A stretch of DNA of 64,000 bases, taken from Alphaproteobacteria bacterium (lineage in GTDB: Bacteria > Myxococcota_A > UBA796 > GCA-2862545). The position numbers were made by a program, and so were the translations under genes. Location of the stretch: positions 52,910-116,909 of the forward strand of contig JACKER010000007.1 of assembly GCA_020632925.1 (NCBI GenBank), given 5' to 3'. Below the pieces are notes generated by a model. The model saw only the letters and a list, made by a program, of their open reading frames with translations, was not told where the DNA came from and searched no databases. Within the stretch, counting starts at the first letter, position 1, and every line of letters begins with the position of its first letter. This document shows, piece after piece, positions 19,157 through 27,413 of the stretch.

Positions 19157-20705
19157 CCGCTCCGGCCTCCCAGCCGACGGGCAGGCGCTGCGAGCGGTAG
19201 CTGTTCCAGCCGTCGGGCACCTCGTCCATGTCCGACGACAGCTCCACGTCCCACAGCAGCTCGCCGGTCTCGGGCACGAACTCGACGAGGCGGATCAGGT
19301 GCCGCCCCAGGCCGTAGTCCGCCAGGTAGCGTCCGTTCATCGCGATGACGCCGGCGAAGTTCCCGAGCACGTCGCCGTTGGGCAGGTGGTCGGCGTCCCC
19401 CATGTAGTCCCCGAACAGCCGGACCCCGGGGATCTCGAACTCCCACGCCTGTTCCACGGTCATCGCCTGCTCGTCGATGCGGTACTCGACCACCCGCGAC
19501 CAGGTCTCCAGCGCGCCCAAATCGTCCTCGCCGGTCCACGGGCTCGCCTGCCGGTTGCCGTTGTCGAACATCATGATCCGGTCGCCCCCGAACCACTCCG
19601 GCGCGTGCTGCTTGTACGGCCAGCGGAAGGGCTGCCCGACCGGCTGCAGGCGCAGGCTCTCAGACGCGGTCGGCCAGTTCGCGGGGTTCGCGAGGATCCA
19701 CCGGACGGTCCCGTCGAGGTCGAGCCCCGCGAGCGCGTCCTGCGCGCGCGAGGAGATCACGATGGCGTCGTTCTCCGGCGACCAGGCCACGCCGTTGCCG
19801 TGCACCCAGTCCTTGGGGTTGCCGACGAGCGAGGTGTACCCGATGCGTTCGTACGGGATGGCGGTCGAGTACGGGATCTCGCGGATCACCGTGCCGTCCT
19901 GGGCCAGGAGCACGATCTCGTCGTCGCGCACGGTCGCGTCCGCGCGCACCAGCGGGTCGTCGTAGCTGGCGGGGAAGTCCTGCACCGTGACGTTCTGCTT
20001 CGACATCGCGAGCATCGTCCCGTCCGGGAGGCGCTGCACGTCGTGGTGGAAGGTCGGGAGCGCGACGGGGATGGTCGTCCCCGAACCGCCGCCGGGCACC
20101 CACTGGCGCTGGATCCGCCCGAGCCAGTCGAGCTCGATGAGCGCCCCCTCCTGCGCGTTGCCGAGGAGCATCCCGTCGCTGCGCAGCTGCAGCTCGAGCA
20201 TCCGCGGGTCGCGGGCCCACCACCACACGATCTCGCCCTCGGGGCTCAGGACGATCTGCCAGGCCCCGACGCCGCCCGCGACCACGCCGACCAGGGTGTC
20301 GCCCGGCTCCATCGCGTCGGCGTCGAGCTGGTGAACCGTCACGTCGGGGAACTTCGGCGGCAGGCTCGCGGTGTGGAAGGTCAGCGTCCGTTCGGCGGTC
20401 GCTCCCTCGGCGCGCAACGTCAGGTGGACCTCGACGTCCCGGTCCGCGCGCATCCGCAGCAGCGGCAGCTCGTGCTCGGTGGCGGCGGGCAGCTCCACCG
20501 TCGTCGCGAGGTCGCCGTCGGACCAGGTGACCGTCGCCTCGCTCGGCACCTCGGTGGCGAAGGACAGCAGGCGGGCCAGCGGGACGGCGGGGTTCACGAG
20601 GGTGGCTGTCGGCTCGGCCGTCAACACCAGCTCCTCCGGCGGCGGAGGGGGATCGGTTCCCGCCGGCGGTCGCTCGCACCCGAGCACGGCCAGCGCCGCG
20701 ATCAC
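19140..20705 (-). CDS. Arylsulfotransferase (ASST)-family beta-propeller protein, lipoprotein/secreted.
   Basis: ASST-like blocks are present (FHHD..., WVHGNGVAWSP..., FDNGNRQ...). GTG start at 20705 gives VIAALAVLGC, a signal peptide plus lipobox. The listed 636-aa ORF has a spurious N-terminal extension that overlaps the amidotransferase gene. Confidence 0.65.
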   Translation of the reverse strand: MIAALAVLGCERPPAGTDPPPPPEELVLTAEPTATLVNPAVPLARLLSFATEVPSEATVTWSDGDLATTVELPAATEHELPLLRMRADRDVEVHLTLRAEGATAERTLTFHTASLPPKFPDVTVHQLDADAMEPGDTLVGVVAGGVGAWQIVLSPEGEIVWWWARDPRMLELQLRSDGMLLGNAQEGALIELDWLGRIQRQWVPGGGSGTTIPVALPTFHHDVQRLPDGTMLAMSKQNVTVQDFPASYDDPLVRADATVRDDEIVLLAQDGTVIREIPYSTAIPYERIGYTSLVGNPKDWVHGNGVAWSPENDAIVISSRAQDALAGLDLDGTVRWILANPANWPTASESLRLQPVGQPFRWPYKQHAPEWFGGDRIMMFDNGNRQASPWTGEDDLGALETWSRVVEYRIDEQAMTVEQAWEFEIPGVRLFGDYMGDADHLPNGDVLGNFAGVIAMNGRYLADYGLGRHLIRLVEFVPETGELLWDVELSSDMDEVPDGWNSYRSQRLPVGWEAGAVSDLP

Positions 20706-21538
20706 GCCGGCACCGCGGGGAACCGGTGGAAGCGCATGAAGGGGTCCACCGCCACGACCTCTCCCTCGGCCAGCCGCTCCCACGCGTTCTCCCCGAGGAG
20801 GGGTTCGCTCGAGACCAGCAGGTGGTTCACGTGTTGGCGGTGCGTCACCGGCGCCTCGCAGGTGGGTCCGAGGAAGGTGCAGGTCTCCCGCTCGGGGCAG
20901 CGCTGCTTCCACGTGGAGTAGCAGAGGTCCTTCCCGCCGTGGTGGGCGACCAGCAGCTCCCCGTCCGTCACCATCAACGTCAGCAGGCTGCGTCGCTCCG
21001 GGCTGTCCGCCAGCTCGCGCACGATCGCGACCGTCTCGCGCAGCGCGCACACCACGTCGTCGAGCGGCGTGCCGCGACGGTGCAGGTCGACGCGCTCAGC
21101 GAGACGCCCCAGGAACAGGTGGAACACGACCTCGCTGTCCGTGTCGCCCATGAGGAAGCGGCGGAACTTGGGGGCGACCTGCTCGACGAGCGCGTCCCGC
21201 ACCTCGGGGAAGGCGGGGATGTCGCCGTTGTGGGCCATCACCCACCGACCGTGCTGGAAGGGGTGGCAGTTGAGCGTGGACAACGCACCCTGCGTCGCCC
21301 GGCGGACGTGCGCGACGACGGTGTCGCTCGTGAGCAGGCCGCTGACGCGCTCGAAGAGGTGGTCGCTGCCCGCCGTGCCCGTCGACTTCAGGATGTGCGG
21401 CGATCCGGCGACGTAGTAGGCGACCCCCCAGCCGTCGGGGTGCTCGCGGGACTGGACGGCGAGCGCGTTGTCGGCGCTGCGGAGCGAGCGGTGGACCTGG
21501 CTCTGCAGGACGGAGCGGAAACCGAACAGGCGACACAT
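20702..21538 (-). CDS. Class II (Ntn-type) glutamine amidotransferase, YafJ-like.
   Basis: Starts MCRLFGF, giving the Cys2 nucleophile. Other motifs: DGWGVAYY, HVRRAT and NCHPF. ATG at 21538. Confidence 0.8.
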   Translation of the reverse strand: MCRLFGFRSVLQSQVHRSLRSADNALAVQSREHPDGWGVAYYVAGSPHILKSTGTAGSDHLFERVSGLLTSDTVVAHVRRATQGALSTLNCHPFQHGRWVMAHNGDIPAFPEVRDALVEQVAPKFRRFLMGDTDSEVVFHLFLGRLAERVDLHRRGTPLDDVVCALRETVAIVRELADSPERRSLLTLMVTDGELLVAHHGGKDLCYSTWKQRCPERETCTFLGPTCEAPVTHRQHVNHLLVSSEPLLGENAWERLAEGEVVAVDPFMRFHRFPAVPA

Positions 21539-21662
21539 GCCTGCCAGCCTAACAGGCCGCTCGTGACGTGTTCGGACCCGAACGTGTCGGATGACACGCG
21601 TAACAGTGTGTTGCGGTGCGGCGGACCAGGGGGCGGAGTAGGCCGACGGCCAGAGGTGATCC

Positions 21663-22046
21663 ATGGTGTTGCTGATGTGGCTCGCCGCGTGCGACGACAC
21701 GGAGTTCCCGGCGATCGGCGGGGAAGGCGTGGTCGGCGACACGTACGAGGACGTGCAGAAGGTGTTCGAGGCGGACTGCTACGCGTGCCACGGCGCCGCG
21801 TCCGCGCTCGGTGGGCTGGACCTCGAGACCGACGCCTGCGCCGCCATCGTGGGCGTGACGGCCGCGGGGTACGACGGGGAGCTCGTGGTGCCCGGCGACT
21901 CGGCCGCCAGCGTGCTGTGGACCAAGATGGCCGACACGAAGGAGTTCGGCGGGATCATGCCCCCCACGGGCGCGAGCGCGCAGGAGTCCATCGACACGGT
22001 CGCCGCCTGGATCGACCTCGGTGCCGACTGTGGGGGTGCGCGATGA
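21663..22046 (+). CDS. Small lipoprotein with one c-type haem-binding motif.
   Basis: Lipobox LMWLAACDD and CYACH (CxxCH). ATGA overlap with the next gene. Confidence 0.65.
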   Translation: MVLLMWLAACDDTEFPAIGGEGVVGDTYEDVQKVFEADCYACHGAASALGGLDLETDACAAIVGVTAAGYDGELVVPGDSAASVLWTKMADTKEFGGIMPPTGASAQESIDTVAAWIDLGADCGGAR

Positions 22047-22876
22047 TCGCGCTGCTGTCGGCCTCCGCGGCCTTCGCCCAGATCGCTCCCGAGTGCGCGG
22101 ACGTCGCCGCCGGCGACGCGCCCGGCTGGTACGTCGACGACCAGCACCAGCAGGACTTCCTGCTGAACTTCTTCGCGCTCGCGACGACCTTCTCCCCGAT
22201 CCACGCGCCCATCCCCGACGAGCCCGGCCACGGCGACGTGAGCCTCGAGCTCTCGCTGATCCCGCCGCTGTCCTGCGACCGCCGGCTGGTGCTGTCCCGG
22301 ACGAAGACGGAGGAGACGAACAAGGCGCCCATCCTCCCGCGTCCGCAGGGGCACTTCACGTTCCCCGAGATCGGCCGCTTCCGGCTCTACGGCGGTGCCG
22401 GCTACATCCCGCCGATCACCGTGTTCGGCACGCGCAACGTCATCGCGTCGGGAGAGGTCGGCTTCGGCTGGGAGTCGGAAGGGGGCTTGCAGCTGGCGGG
22501 TCGGTACCACTGGACGCTGATGAAGACCATCGCCGAGATCGCCGGACCCTTCGACCCCGAGAACGACCCCGTCGTGCTCGACTTCTTCTCGGGCTCGACC
22601 TTCGGGCTCGACCTGATGGCGGGCCTGCGGATCAAGAGCGTCATCCCGTACGTCTCGCTGGGCGTGACCGACGCGTCGACGTTCTTCTACATCGGTGACG
22701 ACGCCGTCGTGTCGAACAACCTGACGCCGTACATCGGCCCCGTCGCCTCGCTCGGCGCGCAGGGCTCGATCCAGCGCCTGGTCTTCGCCGGCGAGCTGTA
22801 CGCCGCGCCGAACACCTTCGACGCCTCCCTGGGCCACCTCTACACCGCCCGCGTCAGGGCTGGAGTGACGTTTTGA
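22043..22876 (+). CDS. Outer-membrane beta-barrel protein.
   Basis: Signal peptide MIALLSASAAFAQI, alternating amphipathic strands and a C-terminal ...RVRAGVTF ending in aromatic F. ATGA overlap upstream and TTGA overlap downstream. Confidence 0.65.
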   Translation: MIALLSASAAFAQIAPECADVAAGDAPGWYVDDQHQQDFLLNFFALATTFSPIHAPIPDEPGHGDVSLELSLIPPLSCDRRLVLSRTKTEETNKAPILPRPQGHFTFPEIGRFRLYGGAGYIPPITVFGTRNVIASGEVGFGWESEGGLQLAGRYHWTLMKTIAEIAGPFDPENDPVVLDFFSGSTFGLDLMAGLRIKSVIPYVSLGVTDASTFFYIGDDAVVSNNLTPYIGPVASLGAQGSIQRLVFAGELYAAPNTFDASLGHLYTARVRAGVTF

Positions 22877-23544
22877 CGACCCTGATCGCCCTGATGTCGG
22901 GTTTCGCCCTCGCGGAGGAGCCCACCGAGACCCCGGCCGAGGCCGCTCCCGCCGAGGCGCCCGCCGCTCCCGAGCCGCGCACCTGGAAGCTCGATCCGTC
23001 CGCGTCGACGCTGTTCGTCCTCGTGAAGCACGATCCGAACACGGCGCTGTCGGGCCTCGCCCACGACCACACCGTGGCGGCGACGGGCTGGTCGGGGACG
23101 GTGACCTGGACCGAGGGTGATCCGTCGGCCTGCAAGGTCGAGATCACGGTGCCGGTGTCCGGTCTCGTGATCGACCCGCCGGGGCTGCGTCAGCGCGCTG
23201 GCCTGGAAGGGGACACCCCGGACAGCGACAAGGCCAAGATCTCGGACAACATGTGGGGCAGCCGGCAGCTCGAGAAGGACGTCTTCCCCTCGATCTCGTT
23301 CGCGTCGACCTCGTGCAACGGGTCGGGCTCGGTCATCACCGTCGCCGGGAACATGACGATCCACGGCGTGACGAAGGCGGTCAGCCTGCCGATGACGATC
23401 AACGTCTCGGGCGACACGTTCTCCGCCAAGGGGACGATGCCGTCGACGGCGTCGGCGTGGGGCTTCCAGCCGTTCACGGCGGCCTTCGGGGCCATCAAGA
23501 ACCTCGACGAGCTCCAGTTCACGATCGACGTCCGCGGTCGCTGA
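22873..23544 (+). CDS. YceI-family protein (polyisoprenoid-binding fold), secreted.
   Basis: TWKLDPSASTLFVLVKH...GTVTWTEGDP...MTIHGVTKAV are typical of YceI. The TTG start is translationally coupled and gives the signal peptide MTTLIALMSGFALA. Confidence 0.75.
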   Translation: MTTLIALMSGFALAEEPTETPAEAAPAEAPAAPEPRTWKLDPSASTLFVLVKHDPNTALSGLAHDHTVAATGWSGTVTWTEGDPSACKVEITVPVSGLVIDPPGLRQRAGLEGDTPDSDKAKISDNMWGSRQLEKDVFPSISFASTSCNGSGSVITVAGNMTIHGVTKAVSLPMTINVSGDTFSAKGTMPSTASAWGFQPFTAAFGAIKNLDELQFTIDVRGR

Positions 23545-23607
23545 TCTGGTCGCCGCGATCCGCACCACGACGAGCTGATCGCGGTCCTGCTTGACGGCGT
23601 CCAGCGG

Positions 23608-24945
23608 ATGGATACGGCCTCAGCGCCGGCGGCTGGAGTCCCGCTCGAGTCCGGTCGACGGGGACGGCCGACGTGCGTCTCACGGAGGCCGACCATGAAT
23701 GCACAGGACTGTGACCGCGCCGATGACGACCCGGAGGGCGACCCATCCCGCGCCTTCCTCGACACGCCGCTCGCTCCTCCCCGTCCCGTTCCCTCCCCGA
23801 CATCCGCACCGGACGCGCGCCAGCGCATCGAGGTGTTCCGACACACCCACTTCCCCGATGTCGGCGACGACCAGTGGGGAGACTGGCAGTGGCAGCTCCA
23901 GCATCGCTACCGCGACCTGAAGGGGCTCTCTCGGATCCTGACGCTCAGCGACGACGAGCTCACGACCATCCAGCGCATCGGTGGTCGGCTCCCCGTCGGC
24001 ATCACCCCGTACTACGCGTCGCTGATGGACCCGGACGATCCGTCCGATCCGCTGCGGATGACGATGGTGCCGGTCGAGGCCGAGCTCGTCCAGGGGCCCG
24101 GTGAGGCCGACGATCCGCTCGGCGAGGACGGCCACATGGTCGTGCCGGGGCTGGTCCATCGGTACCCGGACCGCGTTCTGTTCCTGGTGACGAACTTCTG
24201 CGCGACCTACTGCCGCTACTGCACGCGCGCCCGGCTCGTCGGCCACACCGGCGAGTACCACTTCAACAAGGCGCAGTACGAGAAGGCGATCGAGTACATC
24301 GCGGCGCATCCGGAGGTCCGCGACGTGCTGCTCAGCGGCGGCGACCCCCTCACCATGGGGGACGACCGCCTCGAGTGGCTGCTGGAGCGGCTCCGCGCCA
24401 TCCCGCACGTCGAGTTCCTGCGGATCGGCACGAAGGTCCCCCTGGTGCTCCCGCAGCGCGTCACCGAGAAGCTGACGTCGATGCTGAAGCGCTTCCACCC
24501 GCTGTGGATGAGCGTCCACGTCATGCACCCGAACGAGCTCACGCCCGAGGTCGCGCAGGCGTGCGACCGTCTCTCCAGCGCGGGCATCCCGCTCGGGAGC
24601 CAGACGGTGCTGGTCCGCGGCGTGAACGACGACGTGGAGACGATGCGCCGCATGGTGCACGGGCTGCTCAAGATCCGGGTTCGTCCGTACTACCTGTACC
24701 AGTGCGACCCCATCTCGGGCTCCGCCCACCTGCGCACGCCGATCGAGAAGGGCCTCGAGCTGGTGGCCGGGCTGCGGGGCTTCACGACCGGCTACGGCGT
24801 GCCGCAGTTCGTCGTGGACGCGCCGGGCGGCGGCGGGAAGATCGCGCTGCAGCCCACGTCCGTGGTGGGTCGGGACGGCGACGACGTGCTCCTCCGCAAC
24901 TACGAGGGCAACGTCTTCCGGTACCGCGACCCGGTGGGGGCCTGA
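23608..24945 (+). CDS. kamA: Lysine 2,3-aminomutase (KamA/AblA family) radical SAM enzyme.
   Basis: CATYCRYCTR (CxxxCxxC radical SAM motif), PLP-Lys motif APGGGGK, and YYLYQCDP. The length fits KamA rather than EpmB. An alternative start is ATG at 23695. Confidence 0.9.
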   Translation: MDTASAPAAGVPLESGRRGRPTCVSRRPTMNAQDCDRADDDPEGDPSRAFLDTPLAPPRPVPSPTSAPDARQRIEVFRHTHFPDVGDDQWGDWQWQLQHRYRDLKGLSRILTLSDDELTTIQRIGGRLPVGITPYYASLMDPDDPSDPLRMTMVPVEAELVQGPGEADDPLGEDGHMVVPGLVHRYPDRVLFLVTNFCATYCRYCTRARLVGHTGEYHFNKAQYEKAIEYIAAHPEVRDVLLSGGDPLTMGDDRLEWLLERLRAIPHVEFLRIGTKVPLVLPQRVTEKLTSMLKRFHPLWMSVHVMHPNELTPEVAQACDRLSSAGIPLGSQTVLVRGVNDDVETMRRMVHGLLKIRVRPYYLYQCDPISGSAHLRTPIEKGLELVAGLRGFTTGYGVPQFVVDAPGGGGKIALQPTSVVGRDGDDVLLRNYEGNVFRYRDPVGA

Positions 24946-24950
24946 CGGTC

Positions 24951-25469
24951 ATGGGAATCCATGGCTGCGCGACCCGGCTCTGGGGTTGTGCCGGACACGC
25001 GCTCATCGGGCAGACCTGCTGCCAGGGGACGGAGATCCTGGTCACGTCGCGAGACCGGGAGCGGATCGCCGCCTTCACGGCGAGGACCGACTTCTTCGAG
25101 CGGGCTCTCCCGATCGACCCGGTCTACCTCGACCAGGACGACGATCCGAACTGGCTCGTCTGGGCGTTCGACACCGACGGGACACGCCACGTCCTGAAGC
25201 GGGAGCCGAACGGCGACTGCGGGTTCCTGGGTCACCTCGGGTGCACGCTACCCCTCGACGTCCGGCCGCTGATCTGCCGCCTCCACCCCTACGAGTACAC
25301 CGAGGACGGCGTCACGGGCGTGAGCAGCCAGTGCCCGGACGAGGTCGTGCCGCCGGGGAGCACCATCGTCGAGGTGCTGGGGATGGTGCCGGACGAGGCC
25401 GAGCGCTGGCGCGACCAGATCTACGCCGAGCTCCGCGCGGATCACCTCGAGCGGGGAGGGAAGCCGTGA
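24951..25469 (+). CDS. YkgJ-family (CxxCxxCC-type) zinc/iron-chelating Cys-cluster protein.
   Basis: HGCATRLWGCAGHALIGQTCCQG, plus the hallmark block NGDCGFLGHLGCTLPLDVRPLICRLHPY. Starts 5 nt after the kamA stop. Confidence 0.7.
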   Translation: MGIHGCATRLWGCAGHALIGQTCCQGTEILVTSRDRERIAAFTARTDFFERALPIDPVYLDQDDDPNWLVWAFDTDGTRHVLKREPNGDCGFLGHLGCTLPLDVRPLICRLHPYEYTEDGVTGVSSQCPDEVVPPGSTIVEVLGMVPDEAERWRDQIYAELRADHLERGGKP

Positions 25470-26446
25470 GGATCGGATTCACCTACGATCTGCGCGACGA
25501 CTACCTCGCGATGGGCTTCGGCGAGGAGGAGACCGCGGAGTTCGACCGCGTGAGCACGATCGACGCCATCGAGGGTGCGCTGCGCGAGCTCGGCCACGAG
25601 GTCGAGCGCGTCGGGCACGTCAAGGCGCTCGTCGGGCGGCTGGCGCAGGGCGCGCGCTGGGATCTCGTGTTCAACATCGCCGAGGGGGTGCGCGGGGTCG
25701 GCCGGGAGGCGCAGGTCCCCGCGCTGCTCGAGGCCTACGACCTCCCGTACACCTTCGCGGACCCGCTCGTGGCCTCGCTCACGCTGCACAAGGCGATGAC
25801 CAAGCGGGTGCTGCGCGATCTCGGCGTGGCGACCACGGACTTCCGGGTGGTCGAGCGGGAGGCCGATCTCGACGCCGTGGACCTGCCGTTCCCGCTGTTC
25901 GTCAAGCCGCTCGCGGAGGGCACGGCCAAGGGCATCACCAGCACGTCGCGCGTGACCACCCGGGACGAGCTGGCCCGCGAGGCGATGCGCCAGGTCCGGG
26001 AGTTCCGTCAGCCCGTGCTCGTCGAGCCGTACCTGTCGGGGCGGGAGTTCACCGTCGGCATCACGGGCACCGGGGACGCCGCGCGCGCGCTCGGCACGAT
26101 GGAGATCGTGATGAAGGCGAACGCGGAGCCCCACGCGTACACCTACGTGAACAAGGAGAACTCCGAGGAGCTGGGCGAGTTCCCGCTGGCACCTCCGGAG
26201 TGGGCGGCGCTGGCGGAGGAGCTGGCGCTGCGGGCCTGGCGCGGGCTCGGCTGCCGGGACGCGGGTCGCGTCGACGTGCGCGCCGACGACCACGGCGTGC
26301 TGCACGTCATGGAGCTCAACCCGCTCGCCGGGCTGCACCCGACGCACAGCGACCTGCCGATGATCGCGACCGCGAAGGGCGTGTCCTTCGTGGAGCTGAT
26401 CGGGCGGATCGTCGCCTCGGCCGCCGAGCGCTGCGCGGAGGCCTGA
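25466..26446 (+). CDS. ATP-grasp ligase, D-Ala-D-Ala ligase-like.
   Basis: Ddl-like N-domain (DLVFNIAEGVRG...), ATP-grasp core (FPLFVKPLAEGTAKGI...EPYLSGREFTVG) and C-terminal MELNPLAG. GTG start overlaps the upstream stop (GTGA). Confidence 0.8.
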   Translation: MRIGFTYDLRDDYLAMGFGEEETAEFDRVSTIDAIEGALRELGHEVERVGHVKALVGRLAQGARWDLVFNIAEGVRGVGREAQVPALLEAYDLPYTFADPLVASLTLHKAMTKRVLRDLGVATTDFRVVEREADLDAVDLPFPLFVKPLAEGTAKGITSTSRVTTRDELAREAMRQVREFRQPVLVEPYLSGREFTVGITGTGDAARALGTMEIVMKANAEPHAYTYVNKENSEELGEFPLAPPEWAALAEELALRAWRGLGCRDAGRVDVRADDHGVLHVMELNPLAGLHPTHSDLPMIATAKGVSFVELIGRIVASAAERCAEA

Positions 26447-27411
26447 TGAGGGTCGCCCTGCTCCACGAGCGGCTCTCCGGGGACGCTCGCACCGACGAGA
26501 AGGACGCCCTCGTCCAGCGCGACGAGCTCGCGGCGGCGCTGCGTCGCCTCGGCCACGAGACGGTCTTCGCAGACCTCGATCTCGACCTGGCGACCGCGAC
26601 GCGACGTCTCCGCGAGCTCGCGCCCGACGTGGTCTTCAACCTCGTGGAGGCCGTCGGGGGGCAGGCGCGGCTGGTCGACGTGGTGCCCGGCCTGCTCGAC
26701 GGTCTCGGCCTGCCCTTCACCGGCAACGGGCAGGTGGCGATGTTCCTCACGAGCCACAAGCGGGTGGCGAAGGAGCGCCTGGGCGCCCTCGGGCTGCCGA
26801 CGCCAGCGCTGCTCGGCGATGGTCCGCGCGTGGGCCGGTGGATCGTGAAGCCCGTGTGGGAGGACGCCTCCGTCGGCATCGACGACGGCGCCGTGGTGGA
26901 CGCCGACCAGGTGGACCGTGCGTTGCGGGAGCGCGGCGCGGTTTACGGCGAGGTGTTCGCCGAGGCGTACGTCGAGGGGCGGGAGCTCAACCTCTCGCTG
27001 CTCGCGGACGGCGACAGTGTGGTGTGCCTGCCGCCCGCCGAGATCGCGTTCGAGGGGTTCCCCGAGGGGAAGCCGCGGATCGTCGGGTACGCGGCGAAGT
27101 GGGACGAGGGCTCGTTCGAGTACGCGCGGACCCCTCGCACGCTGGACTTCCCCGACGACGACGCCCCGCTCCTGCGGCGGGTGGCCGACCTCGCCGTCCG
27201 CTGCTGGTACGGCTTCGGGCTCACGGGCTACGCCCGCGTGGACTTCCGCGTCGATCGGGACGGGCAGCCCTTCGTCCTCGAGGTCAACGCCAACCCCTGC
27301 CTCGCGTCGGACGCGGGCTTCATGGCGGCCTCGGCGCGGGCGGGGCTCGGGGTGGACGCCGTCGTCGCGCGGCTGCTGGACGACGCGCTCACCCGCGCGA
27401 GGAAGGTCTGA
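26446..27411 (+). CDS. Second ATP-grasp ligase, D-Ala-D-Ala ligase-like paralog.
   Basis: Same architecture as the first (DVVFNLVEAVGG..., WIVKPVWEDASVGI..., EVNANP). ATG overlaps the upstream TGA (TGATG). Confidence 0.8.
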   Translation: MRVALLHERLSGDARTDEKDALVQRDELAAALRRLGHETVFADLDLDLATATRRLRELAPDVVFNLVEAVGGQARLVDVVPGLLDGLGLPFTGNGQVAMFLTSHKRVAKERLGALGLPTPALLGDGPRVGRWIVKPVWEDASVGIDDGAVVDADQVDRALRERGAVYGEVFAEAYVEGRELNLSLLADGDSVVCLPPAEIAFEGFPEGKPRIVGYAAKWDEGSFEYARTPRTLDFPDDDAPLLRRVADLAVRCWYGFGLTGYARVDFRVDRDGQPFVLEVNANPCLASDAGFMAASARAGLGVDAVVARLLDDALTRARKV

Positions 27412-27413
27412 CC

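Noticed and set aside
20726-22876. 716-aa + strand ORF.
   Set aside because: Its 5' two-thirds is antisense to the ASST and amidotransferase genes. Only the segment from ATG 22043 (signal peptide, beta-barrel) is credible.
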